Below, in pieces: positions 8,773-18,178 of a DNA stretch of 64,000 nucleotides (position 1 is its first letter; each line of letters begins with the position of its first letter). The position numbers were made by a program, and so were the translations under genes. This stretch comes from Candidatus Acidiferrales bacterium (GTDB lineage Bacteria > Acidobacteriota > Terriglobia > Acidiferrales > UBA7541): NCBI GenBank assembly GCA_035307985.1, contig DATGHM010000019.1, forward strand, positions 16,076 through 80,075, read 5' to 3'. Below the pieces are notes generated by a model. The model ran no database searches. It was not told where the DNA came from and saw nothing but the letters and a program-made list of their open reading frames with translations.

Positions 8773-11115
8773 ATGGTTCCCGGTCTTGCTGGCACGATCA
8801 TCGAGTCCGACACGAACCCTGTACGGTTCGAGGATTTCTGCACGGAGTTGTTCAGCAGCGTAGAGGGCGCGCCGATTCTGCCGACGTCGCTAACGCACGA
8901 CCGCGGGCGCGACGGCAGGAGTACCGCTCGGAGCCGAGGCACCCACGCCGTCGTGCTTTGCGCCACGTTGACCAAGGAGCTCCAGCCGAAATTCCATTCG
9001 GATCTTGAAAGGGTTACGGCTACGTCGGACCCCGACCGTCTCATTTACTGTTGCTCCCAAAGGCTCACGGAGGATGCGACAGATGAACTCTCGCTAGAGG
9101 TAAAACGACACTTGTCGGCGACGTGCAGCACGCTGGTCATTGGATCAATACAGCTCTCGAATCTTGCGGGCAAGTATCCGGATATTTTCGCTAAGTTCTA
9201 CCATGCAGAAATCCGAATGATAGAAGCTGCCGTTTCCGCTTTGGAGGCGCCCGTCGACTCCTCGGATTGCAAGGGACTGCGTCTCGCGGTAATCGCTTTC
9301 GGCTCAAGCGACGCGGCCGCACTTCGCGAGCGCCTGTCGCAGCTGATCGTTCTACAGAGCTGCAAACTTCTCCGAGGCGCGACTACTTCCGGCGTTGCCG
9401 CCCAGATTTCCACTGATCTGCGCCTGCCACGAAATCTTAATCTGGACCGTGTTTCCACTGTGCTCCGCGGCCTACAGGGCGACGGACTAGTGCTTCTTGA
9501 GGCAGGCCAATGGAAAGTAACACCGGATGGTGACAAGAAGTTGGACGAGCTGGCTCCAGAGGCCGCCCGAGAGTTGCTCGCGGGGCGAACTGTCATTCGT
9601 CAGCGATTGGAGCAGCTGATCGGGACGCGATTGACCGATCAGCAATACGAGATCATCTGGTCCACCCTGCTCGATTTCCTGAGTGAGCTGTTTCATTCAA
9701 ATGGGCTGGACACGATTAGGGCCGTGAACAGTCTCCTAGATCCGACCGCCGAGGGGCCGGACGGTTGCAGCGCCCTTCATGGTCTGCTGTCAAGAGGTGC
9801 GCAGCGGATTCGGGCGATAGCTAGCGGCGTCGAGCTTGGAGAAATGCTCGGGCAGGCGGTCCTCGACGTTTTTACCGAGAGGTCGGGGCCTGCGTTCGAG
9901 TGGCTGGCGCGGGTCTGTGAGCGATTCGTGTCCTTGTGTGCGCTTGGGCTTGAGTCGAGCTCCGCCGAGGAGCTACGGCGGGTGGTGCAGCGGCATCACG
10001 TCGTTCTGGACTCGCACGTAATTCTGACCTTGCTCTGCGAGAGCGAGCCCGATTACCTCGGCACGCGGTCGCTCATCGCTCGCTGGCGGAGGGCGGGGGG
10101 GAAAATACTCCTGTCGAGACCCGTGCTTCAGGAGGTGGCACACCACGCCTGGATCGCCGAATCCGAGTTCGCTGAGACAGAATTCTTGCTGGGGAAACTC
10201 CAAAGGGAGGAACTGCGGCGGTACGTGGAAAATGCTTTTGCTCGCGTTTTCCACTTTCATTGTTCGAAGGACCCGAAAAATCGCGACAAGTGGCGGATGT
10301 ATATAGGGCAGTATCGCGGGCGGTCACCCAACGACTATTCGAATCTCTTGCCGTTGCTCCAGTCGGAGCTCGGTGGCGAGCTTTTGCCGGACAGAGTGGA
10401 CCCTCAGCTTGAGGACGAAATTTCGGATTTTCTTTTTGGGTTACGCGCGGAGCAACAGGGGGTAACGGTCCAAGAGCTAGATCGAGCGGATGTTGGCAAG
10501 GCTTCCACAGACGCGAAGTTGCTCGCCAGTATTGCAGCCGGGAACGAAACGTACAGGCAAGCTGGGAATGACGCTACAATCGTGCTGCTATCATCGTCGG
10601 CGCGCCTCCGTCGGGTGCACAACCGCTTCCGCCAGAAGCTGGGGCCCCGCACGATATTGACATTGGGCACCCTATCGTACTTGCTGTCGATGATTCCCGA
10701 CGCACAGTTGGGACCGGGTGCCCTTCGTGGCGCTCTCTTCGACTTCGGCGAAACCGCGCACCTCCAAGATACGGAGCGTCTTGCGCTGCGGGTTATCCGT
10801 GGTTCGGACAATATCGATCTCCCGTGGGCGAGAAGAGGACTGCTCGAAAGGCAGCTCGACGAGGAGCTGCACAAAGAGGCCAAGAGGCGAGATATTAGCG
10901 TTAAGGCGTTCCGGGAAGAGTTCAAAGCTGCGCGACCATCGGCGCACGCTGAGAGGGTCATCGTTGAAGCAGTGAAGGCTTTGGCGCTTTCGGGTCGAAG
11001 CGAGGAGGAACTGGTGAAAGCGCGGCATCAGATCAAGGAACTTGAGGAAAGTGTGGAGTCTCTTCGAGCTGCCGTTCGTGCTGCACGAGTTCAAAAACCT
11101 CGCGGTCGTAAGTAA
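8773..11115 (+). CDS. orphan multidomain protein: degenerate Mrr-like N-domain + winged helix + split PIN-like domain + coiled coil (family not recognised)
   Basis: Track ORF 8707..11115 (802 aa). I prefer the ATG at 8773 because GGAG lies 5 nt upstream and there is no SD before 8707. Lower GC and rarer codons than the neighbours. Motifs are given in the findings. Confidence 0.8.
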   Translation: MVPGLAGTIIESDTNPVRFEDFCTELFSSVEGAPILPTSLTHDRGRDGRSTARSRGTHAVVLCATLTKELQPKFHSDLERVTATSDPDRLIYCCSQRLTEDATDELSLEVKRHLSATCSTLVIGSIQLSNLAGKYPDIFAKFYHAEIRMIEAAVSALEAPVDSSDCKGLRLAVIAFGSSDAAALRERLSQLIVLQSCKLLRGATTSGVAAQISTDLRLPRNLNLDRVSTVLRGLQGDGLVLLEAGQWKVTPDGDKKLDELAPEAARELLAGRTVIRQRLEQLIGTRLTDQQYEIIWSTLLDFLSELFHSNGLDTIRAVNSLLDPTAEGPDGCSALHGLLSRGAQRIRAIASGVELGEMLGQAVLDVFTERSGPAFEWLARVCERFVSLCALGLESSSAEELRRVVQRHHVVLDSHVILTLLCESEPDYLGTRSLIARWRRAGGKILLSRPVLQEVAHHAWIAESEFAETEFLLGKLQREELRRYVENAFARVFHFHCSKDPKNRDKWRMYIGQYRGRSPNDYSNLLPLLQSELGGELLPDRVDPQLEDEISDFLFGLRAEQQGVTVQELDRADVGKASTDAKLLASIAAGNETYRQAGNDATIVLLSSSARLRRVHNRFRQKLGPRTILTLGTLSYLLSMIPDAQLGPGALRGALFDFGETAHLQDTERLALRVIRGSDNIDLPWARRGLLERQLDEELHKEAKRRDISVKAFREEFKAARPSAHAERVIVEAVKALALSGRSEEELVKARHQIKELEESVESLRAAVRAARVQKPRGRK

Positions 11116-11172
11116 CAAGCTACCGCAAACACCTCAGCAAGCATCGCGGCTACCCCCCAGCGCTACAGGTCT

Positions 11173-11930
11173 TTCGCGGGGCTAAAGCCCCGCGCTTCCA
11201 CCCCATGCGAACGGCTGCCGGGCTGAAGCCCGGCGCTACGTTTAAACCTTTAAACCCCTACTTGACGGCGAGGCTTCAGCTGCGGGCGGCGGCTTTTTCG
11301 CCGGGCTAAAAAGCGCCGCGCTTCCACGGAATGCGAACGGCTGCCGGGCTGAAGCCCCCGGCGCTACATCTAAACCTTTAAACCGCGTTTGACGGCGCCC
11401 CTGCACTCGGCACCTGGGGGCAATTCAGAGCCGGCGGGCACAGCGTGCTGTGCCCCTACCCAGAGGAAGGCATAGGACGGCGGACTACTTCAATGCCGCT
11501 GAGGAGTGCAATCGCGATGAAAGCGAATCGTGGGCGGCGGTTTCAGGGGCGGCGGTGCGTTGGAGGCGGGCGGCGGGCGCTAAGAACTAAGAAGACGGTG
11601 CCGGGCTGAAGCCCGGCGCTACGTTTAAACCTTGGAACCCCTACTTGACGGCGAGGCTTCAGCTGCGGGCGGCGGCTTTTTCGCGGGGCTAAAAAGCCCC
11701 GCGCTTCCACCGAATGCGAACGGCTGCCGGGCTGAAGACCCCGGCGCTACATTTAAACCTTTAAACCGCGTTTGACGGCGCCCCTACACTCGGCACCTGG
11801 GGGTAATTCAGAGCCGGCGGGCACAGCATGCTGTGCCCCTACCCAGAGGAAGCGTAGGACGGCGGACTATTTCACTGCCATGGAGGAGCGTTGCAGGCGA
11901 GACGAAAGCGAATCGTGCTCGGCGCGAATC
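11173..11930. repeat. tandem duplication (two ~316-bp copies offset by 384 bp) built of GC-hairpin modules, running into the pckG 3' end
   Basis: 11217-11532 aligns with 11601-11917. Modules are cgcggggctaaagccccgcg-cttccac-...-gccgggctgaagcccggc-gctacgtttaaacc. A 20-nt perfect palindrome gggcacagcatgctgtgccc is also present. Confidence 0.8.
11485..11538 (-). pseudogene. relic of a pckG C-terminal coding end
   Basis: The minus strand reads ..AAHDSLSSRLHSSAALK* against the real pckG end ..AEHDSLSSRLQRSSMAVK*. Frame and stop are retained and one codon is deleted. Confidence 0.6.
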
Positions 11931-13630
11931 GCTGATGGCAAGCGGTTGCCGAACTTGGCGAGGAATTCGCCGGTGGCGCGGGTTTCCTCGACCCAATCGG
12001 CGGGATCGACGCGAAGGAGCTCGTCGAGGGCGTCGCGCCCAATCGGCAGGCCGTCGAGCGTGAGCGATTCGGGAGTGGGAACGAAGCCGATAGGCGTTTC
12101 GGCGGCGCCGGCGCGGCCTTCGATGCGGTCAAGGATCCATTTAAGGACGCGCACATTTTCGCCGTAGCCGGGCCAGAGATATTTGCCGTTCGCGCCTTTG
12201 CGGAACCAGTTCACGTGAAAAATTTTCGGCTGGCGCTTGATTTTCGGACCCATCTCGAGCCAGTGCGCGAAATAGTCGGCCATGTTGTAGCCGCAGAACG
12301 GGAGCATGGCCATGGGGTCGCGCCGCGTGACGCCGACCGTGCCGGTGGCCGCGGCGGTGGTTTCCGAAGCCATGGTGGCCCCGACGAAAACTCCGTGCTG
12401 CCAGTCGCGCGACTGGTAAACGAGAGGCGCAAGCCTTCCACGGCGTCCTCCGAAAATAATCGCGGAGATGGGAACGCCGGCCGGATCGTCCCAGTGCGGG
12501 GAAATGGATGGAGAGTGGGATGCGCGGACGGTGTAGCGCGCGTTGGGATGCGCGGCGGGACCCGAATCGGGGGTCCAGCGCTCGCCCTTCCAGTTGATCA
12601 GGCCATCGTGCGGCGGGCCGTTGATGCCTTCCCACCAGGGCTCGCGCTCAGCCGTCATGGCGGTGTTGGTGAAGATGGAATCGTGATGGAGCGCGGCGCG
12701 GACGTTGGGATTCGTAGTGGCGTTGGTGCCGGGAGCGACGCCGAAAAATCCGGCTTCCGGATTCACGGCGCGGAGCGTGCCGTCGCCGGCGACGTGCATC
12801 CAGGCGATGTCGTCGCCAACGGTGAAGACGCGGTAACCCCGATCGGCAAGGGCGGAAACCATCATGGCGAGATTCGTCTTGCCGCAGGCGCTGGGAAACG
12901 CGGCGGCCATGTAGGTGACTTTGCCCGAGGGATCTTCGAGGCCGAGGATGAGCATGTGCTCGGCCATCCAGCCTTCGCGGCGCGCCATGGAACTGGCGAT
13001 GCGCAGCGCGAAACACTTTTTGCCCAGCAGCGCGTTGCCGCCATAGCCCGAGCCCACGCTCCAGATCAGATTTTCCTCGGGAAAATGGAGGATGAAGCGG
13101 CGGCCGGGATCGAGGTCGCCGAGGGAATGCAGGCCGGGAACGAAATCGGCGGACTTGCCGAGACGGTCGAGCGCGATCTTGCCCATGCGCGACATGATGC
13201 GCATGCTGGCTACAACGTACGGGCTGTCGGTGATCTCGACGCCGATCTTGCTGTAGGGCGAAGCGGCCGGGCCGAGAATGTAGGGCACGACGTACATCGT
13301 GCGGCCCTTCATGGCGCCGTCGAAGAGCGGGCGGACTTTGGCCTTGGCGTCTTCGGGAGACATCCAGTTGTTGGTGGGGCCGGCGTCGTCTTTCGCGCGC
13401 GAGCAGATGAAGGTGACGTTTTCGGTGCGGGCTACGTCGTTCGGATTGCTGCGATGAAGGTAGCAGCGGGGATATGTGGTTTCGTTGAGGGCGATGTAGG
13501 ACCCGTTGCGAAGCATTTCCTCGGTGAGGCGGGCGTTCTCAGCGTCGGAGCCGTCGCACCAGTGGATTTTGCCGGGCTTCGTCAGTTGCGCGGATTCCTC
13601 AACCCACTTTTCGAGCGGCGTCGACACCAA
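11867..13630 (-). CDS. pckG: phosphoenolpyruvate carboxykinase (GTP)
   Basis: 587-aa ORF, recognisable over its full length as GTP-PEPCK (..YPRCYLHRSNPNDVARTE..GPTNNWM..AFPSACGKTNLAMM..). Confidence 0.95.
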   Translation of the reverse strand: MVSTPLEKWVEESAQLTKPGKIHWCDGSDAENARLTEEMLRNGSYIALNETTYPRCYLHRSNPNDVARTENVTFICSRAKDDAGPTNNWMSPEDAKAKVRPLFDGAMKGRTMYVVPYILGPAASPYSKIGVEITDSPYVVASMRIMSRMGKIALDRLGKSADFVPGLHSLGDLDPGRRFILHFPEENLIWSVGSGYGGNALLGKKCFALRIASSMARREGWMAEHMLILGLEDPSGKVTYMAAAFPSACGKTNLAMMVSALADRGYRVFTVGDDIAWMHVAGDGTLRAVNPEAGFFGVAPGTNATTNPNVRAALHHDSIFTNTAMTAEREPWWEGINGPPHDGLINWKGERWTPDSGPAAHPNARYTVRASHSPSISPHWDDPAGVPISAIIFGGRRGRLAPLVYQSRDWQHGVFVGATMASETTAAATGTVGVTRRDPMAMLPFCGYNMADYFAHWLEMGPKIKRQPKIFHVNWFRKGANGKYLWPGYGENVRVLKWILDRIEGRAGAAETPIGFVPTPESLTLDGLPIGRDALDELLRVDPADWVEETRATGEFLAKFGNRLPSAIRAEHDSLSSRLQRSSMAVK

Positions 13631-13764
13631 ACCTCCCGGAATCTACAAAGGCGCTTTGCCCGGCTCACCCACCGGACGGGGGTTACATTAGCAGGCCAGA
13701 ATACGTTTACAAAAAAAAGTTTATGGCACAAAGGCGGGAATTGCAAGATGGCGTGATTGTTTCG

Positions 13765-13985
13765 CCGGAGCTAAAGCTCCGGCCTCCTGAAGCCGAGATT
13801 GTTCGTCGGAGCTAACAGAACGCTGAAAAAGTCGAACGGCAGCTTCAGGGGTTAAAACCCCTGACACAAAACGCCCACTTACGGCGCGGTTAAAACCCCG
13901 CCTCCTGAAGACAAGGCGTTTTTCAGCGAAAGCACGATGTTCGCCGTGCTTGTTTACCGGAGCTAAGCTCCGGGCTCCTGAAGGC
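13765..13985. repeat. cluster of four short GC hairpins with TAAA-type loops (REP-like)
   Basis: ccggagctaaagctccgg-cctcctgaag, tcaggggttaaaacccctga, gcggttaaaaccccgc-ctcctgaag, ccggagctaagctccgg-gctcctgaag. Confidence 0.6.
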
Positions 13986-14025
13986 GATTGCTGAAACGTC
14001 CTAAACTCCGTTGACGAGATGGATC

Positions 14026-16449
14026 CTATTCCTCGCGCAGGGCTTGCATGGGATCGACGCGAGCGGCTCGATGCGCTGGAACGTAGCAGGCCAGGAGCGC
14101 GGAAAACATCAACAGAGCGGCGACAGAACTGAACGCCGCGACGTCCATGGTGCCGACGTCATAGAAGAGGGAGTGCATGGCTCGTCCGACAAGGTAAGAA
14201 CCGCCGAGGCCCAGCGCAAGCCCAATCAGCGCCAGGATCATTCCTTCGCGCAGGATCAGACCCACGACGCGGCCAGCGCTCGCGCCCAAAGCCATGCGCA
14301 ACCCAATCTCGTGAGTTCGCTGGGCCACGGCGAAGGACATGACGCCGTAGATTCCGAGCGCCGCGAGCAGCAGCGCGATTCCCGCAAAGCCTCCAAAGAG
14401 AAATGCAGTAAAGCGGTCGCCGGCCATGGATTCATCCATGATTTGATCCATGGTCTTGACGTCGGCGAGGGGCAAGTTCGGGTCGAGCGACTGAACGATG
14501 TCGGCGATGCCTTTGCTGAGGGCGGCGGGATCGCCTGCGGCGCGCACTGCGATGGCGGCTTGCGGCCAGGGACTCTGCCAGAACGGCACATCGATTTCGG
14601 GGAAATCGTTTTTCGGGCCGCCGTTGCGAACGTTGTGATAGACGCCCACGATTTGCCACGAGATGTAGGGACCTAGGTTCGTGACGCCGGGGATGAGCTG
14701 CTCGACTTGAATGCGGTGCGAGAGCGCGTCCCCGGCGGGAAAGAATTTTTTCGCGAACTCTTCGTTGACGACGGCGACCGGAACACTGCCTGCGATGTCC
14801 TGCTCGTTCAACGGGCGTCCGCGGTCGATACGGATGCCGAACGTGCGGTAATAATCCGGCGTCACCATGTTGAAGCCGGCGCCGGGACGCTGCGAGGGAT
14901 CATTCACGGGCTTTCCTTCGATGACGAACGGCATGCCGAAGTTCACGCCCTGGAGCGGCATACCCTCGGACGCGGAGACCGACGAAACACCCGGGAGGGC
15001 CTGGACTCTTTCGAGAAGCTGGCGATAGAAGGCGGTGATTTGCTTGGGGTCGGTGAGGCGGCCGCTCGGCACCGGCAGAGAGAACGTGAGCAGATGATCG
15101 CTGCGGAAGCCGAGATCGACGTGAGCCACGTTCCACAAGCTGTGAATGGCGAGGCCGCCTCCGGCGAGCAAACTGAGCGCCAGCGCGAATTCGGCGACGA
15201 CGAGGGTGCGGCGCAAACCGTGGCGGCCGGCACTGAGCGCGGAGCGGCCGCCCTCTTTCAAGACCTCGTTCAGGTTCATGCGCGCCGCCTGCCAGGCCGG
15301 GGCGCAACCGAACAGGACGCCAGCGAGCAAACTTGCGGCGACAGTGAAGAGCAAGACGGGAACGTTCAAGCGGATGTCTGCTTCGGTCGGAAGGGTGAAG
15401 GGCGGCATCATCGCGATGATGACTTTCAGCAGCAGCCAAGCCAGGCCGATGCCGACCACGCATCCGGCGGCAGCCAGCGCAACACTTTCCGCCAGAAACT
15501 GGCCAAACAGCCGTTGGCGCGAGGCGCCGAGGGAGGCTCGCACGGCGACTTCCTTCTGGCGCGTGGTGGCGCGCGCGAGCAGAAGATTCGCGACGTTCGC
15601 GCAGGCGATGAGAAGGACGAAACCGACGGCGCCCATGAGCAGCCAGAGACCGCGGATGACGTCGCGGTCGAGAAAATCGTTCTTGAGCGGCTCGACGCTT
15701 GCGCCCCAGCCTTTGTCCGATCTGGGATAGACCTCGGCGAGGTGGCGCGTGACCGCGTCCATATCGGCGTTCGCTTGCGCGAGGGTTACGCCGGGCTTGA
15801 GGCGGCCCATAACGAGCAGCCAATGAAAGTCCTGATTGATCTGGTCGGGCTGGAACGCCAGCGGGACATTCAAATCGCTCTGCCCGCGGTCAGCGGGACC
15901 GGGCGCGAGCACGCCGACAATTGTGTACGGCTCGCCGTTCATTTGAACTTGCCGGCCGATGATGCCGCGGTCCGCGCCGAAGCGGCTCTTCCACAGCTTG
16001 TTCGTCAGGACGGCTTCGTGGTCCTTCCCGACCTGGCCTTCGTCGGGCAGGAAATCGCGGCCAAGGAGAAAGCGGTACCCGATCATGGAGAGGAAGCCGG
16101 GCGTGGCAGTCTGCGCGCGCACCTGCTCGGGGCGGTTCGAGGTCGCGAGATTGATGCTCATGCCGCTCCAGGCGCACAAGTGCTGGAAAGCGGTGCTCTC
16201 GCGCTGCCAGTCGAGGAAATTACCGGCGGCGGTGACGTTGCGATTGCCCTGGATCTTCGACCAGACCATCACCAACTGCTCGGGATGAGGGTAGGGCAGA
16301 GGCGCAAGCAGCGTGGCGTAGACGACGCTGAAGATGGCGGTATTCGCGGCGATGCCAAGGGCAAGCGCGAGAACAGCGACGGAGGCGAATCCGGGATTCT
16401 TCAGCAGCAGCCGGAAGCCGAAGCGGAGGTCCCGCAAGAGATTGTTCAC
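14026..16449 (-). CDS. ADOP-family duplicated FtsX/MacB-type ABC transporter permease
   Basis: 807-aa ORF with the N-terminus [41 protein letters not shown] typical of acidobacterial duplicated orphan permeases, and two FtsX-like TM bundles. Confidence 0.9.
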   Translation of the reverse strand: MNNLLRDLRFGFRLLLKNPGFASVAVLALALGIAANTAIFSVVYATLLAPLPYPHPEQLVMVWSKIQGNRNVTAAGNFLDWQRESTAFQHLCAWSGMSINLATSNRPEQVRAQTATPGFLSMIGYRFLLGRDFLPDEGQVGKDHEAVLTNKLWKSRFGADRGIIGRQVQMNGEPYTIVGVLAPGPADRGQSDLNVPLAFQPDQINQDFHWLLVMGRLKPGVTLAQANADMDAVTRHLAEVYPRSDKGWGASVEPLKNDFLDRDVIRGLWLLMGAVGFVLLIACANVANLLLARATTRQKEVAVRASLGASRQRLFGQFLAESVALAAAGCVVGIGLAWLLLKVIIAMMPPFTLPTEADIRLNVPVLLFTVAASLLAGVLFGCAPAWQAARMNLNEVLKEGGRSALSAGRHGLRRTLVVAEFALALSLLAGGGLAIHSLWNVAHVDLGFRSDHLLTFSLPVPSGRLTDPKQITAFYRQLLERVQALPGVSSVSASEGMPLQGVNFGMPFVIEGKPVNDPSQRPGAGFNMVTPDYYRTFGIRIDRGRPLNEQDIAGSVPVAVVNEEFAKKFFPAGDALSHRIQVEQLIPGVTNLGPYISWQIVGVYHNVRNGGPKNDFPEIDVPFWQSPWPQAAIAVRAAGDPAALSKGIADIVQSLDPNLPLADVKTMDQIMDESMAGDRFTAFLFGGFAGIALLLAALGIYGVMSFAVAQRTHEIGLRMALGASAGRVVGLILREGMILALIGLALGLGGSYLVGRAMHSLFYDVGTMDVAAFSSVAALLMFSALLACYVPAHRAARVDPMQALREE

Positions 16450-16788
16450 ATTGCACCTCGTCTTCTAGAAACTGCTGCCGCAGGTTGAGTTCGACCGCAT
16501 CGCCCCGATGCTTGGACGAAGAAAGAGAAACAAGGAAAGGCAATTCTTGCACCAAGGCTTCACCGTTACAAGCTGTAGCGATAAAGGACTTATGATTCGG
16601 AATTGGGATTCGCGCGAGTCCGACTGTTCGAATTCGATCGAGGAGATGTCCATTTGCGGACAGCCTACGCAACAGAATCAAGGAAACGGTATCCACGTAG
16701 TGCTTGAGCGCGGCCTGCAAATGGAGATACTGTTCGCGCGAGGCAGAAGTTCCCTAAAAAAGAAGCTCGTTCAGAGAAGGAGCGAACG

Positions 16789-17448
16789 ATGAGCCGGAAG
16801 CGTGTGACGGTAATCGGAATGGTTCTGCTTGGGATGGTCGCGATGGCCGGGGTGTGCGCGCGGGGTCAGGATGCGGGATGGAAGGAGCTGTGGAACGGCA
16901 AGGATTTTACGGGCTGGAAGCACGTGGGGCCGGGGAAATTCGTCGTTGAAAACGGGTTGCTCAAGAGCGTGGGCGGGATGGGCCTGCTGTGGTATACGCC
17001 GCGGAAATTCGGGGATTGCACGATCCGCGTGGTGTACAAGACGCAAAAGAAGACCGACAACTCCGGCGTGTTCATCCGCATTCCGGAAAAGCCGACGGAA
17101 GAATGGATGCCGGTGAACAAGGGCTACGAAGTGCAGATCGATGATTCGGCGGACCCGTACCATGTTACGGGTGTGCTGTACTCGTTGACGAAGGCGATGT
17201 CGCGCCCCGGGGAAACAGGCAAGTGGAACACGATGGACATCACGATCGCGGGGCCGCGCACAACCGTGACGTTGAACGGAGTTGGGGTGACGGACTACAC
17301 GGAAGGCCAGCCCGTCCCGAAGAAGGAGAAGAGCTACGAGCCGGATCGCGGGCCGCGTCCCAATGCGGGCTATATCGGGCTACAGAACCATTCCAACGCA
17401 GACACGGTGTTTTTCAAGAGGATCGAGGTGAAGCCGCTGCAGCACTAA
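16789..17448 (+). CDS. DUF1080 (3-keto-disaccharide hydrolase-like) secreted protein
   Basis: 219 aa with a signal peptide, WKELWNGKDFTGWK...GLLWY...SGVFIR...GYEVQI...GYIGLQNH...FKRIEVKPL. Confidence 0.85.
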   Translation: MSRKRVTVIGMVLLGMVAMAGVCARGQDAGWKELWNGKDFTGWKHVGPGKFVVENGLLKSVGGMGLLWYTPRKFGDCTIRVVYKTQKKTDNSGVFIRIPEKPTEEWMPVNKGYEVQIDDSADPYHVTGVLYSLTKAMSRPGETGKWNTMDITIAGPRTTVTLNGVGVTDYTEGQPVPKKEKSYEPDRGPRPNAGYIGLQNHSNADTVFFKRIEVKPLQH

Positions 17449-17546
17449 GGCCGAAAATCGAAATTCAAAACGATAGAAAGCAGAAACTGGGAAATAGGAA
17501 TGAGCGGTCAGATTGGCCGGCGTGGTCCGGCGGGGAAGAGCCGAAC

Positions 17547-17810
17547 GTGTACGCGAGGAAATTGCAGGTCGATATTGTGATTGAAGGCGAGCGGCGAGCG
17601 GCGCCGCTCGATTGGCTGGACAGCTTTTGCATGCGGAATTTTACGGGCTCGGCGGAATTCGACGACACGCTTCCGACGGGCGAAGGGCGGCTTGAGGCGG
17701 GACTGCGCGTCGAACCGGCTCGGCTGGCACAGGCGATAAGCGAATGGCTCACGAAACGCGGGAAGGGGAATGGGAAGCCAGTGAAGGTCGAGATTCGGAA
17801 GGCGAGCTGA
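17547..17810 (+). CDS. hypothetical small protein (uncertain)
   Basis: In-frame GTG inside track ORF 17223..17810, after the DUF1080 stop. Composition is protein-like and no homology was recognised. Confidence 0.3.
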   Translation: MYARKLQVDIVIEGERRAAPLDWLDSFCMRNFTGSAEFDDTLPTGEGRLEAGLRVEPARLAQAISEWLTKRGKGNGKPVKVEIRKAS

Positions 17811-18178
17811 ATGGCTCGGTTAGCCACAGAGGCACAGAGACGTAGAGAAAAGGCGACCATCGCGGAGAAAACCTACAAATCGCACGGGGCGGGCAGTTTG
17901 GGCAGCATCTGCGACTGAGAACTCAAGGAAGAACCGGGCCGTCCCCGCGACGACTGGGGCGTTGCAGCGGCCGTCGCGAAGGGCCCGGTTCCTCACACAG
18001 GATTCGACGCGGGAGTCGAGCGGAGGTTAGCAACGTTCCAACTAGCGCCGAGTCTCAACCTTTTGAATGCCACAGCGCACTTTCAACAAGAACCGAGAAA
18101 TTCGGATTTTGGCTTCCGGTGAGAACCCCGGGGAAAATCAGCCGATTACGGCGCCGTCTCCCGGTGCGCCGTCCGCAT

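Noticed and set aside
8574-11552. 14-nt direct match CGGCGGTTTCAGGG at 8577 and 11536, flanking the orphan gene, as possible att sites
   Set aside because: A 14-mer of this GC-rich composition can recur by chance in 64 kb. No integrase is present, and the left copy is part of a local repeat. I kept it only as a weak hint.
11173-11930. Possible CRISPR array, considered because of the regular repeats
   Set aside because: The repeat period is 384 bp, not 28-37-nt repeats with unique spacers. The copies are long and include a gene-end relic. No cas genes are in the window.
12215-13756. 513-aa + strand ORF, and similar long ORFs at 14707..16488, 28183..29481, 29867..31594, 32130..34031, 37574..39010, 55123..55989, 60398..61375, 60591..61817, 19042..19740, 20110..21225, 22834..24381 and 46102..47394
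   Set aside because: All lie antisense to, or out of frame with, genes that have strong recognisable products. Their translations are Arg/Gly/Pro/Ala-rich low-complexity strings typical of off-frame ORFs in high-GC DNA.
16450-16788. Annotating a PadR pseudogene as a feature
   Set aside because: The similarity is only a vague helix pattern split over several frames. I reported it as a low-interest finding, not as a feature.
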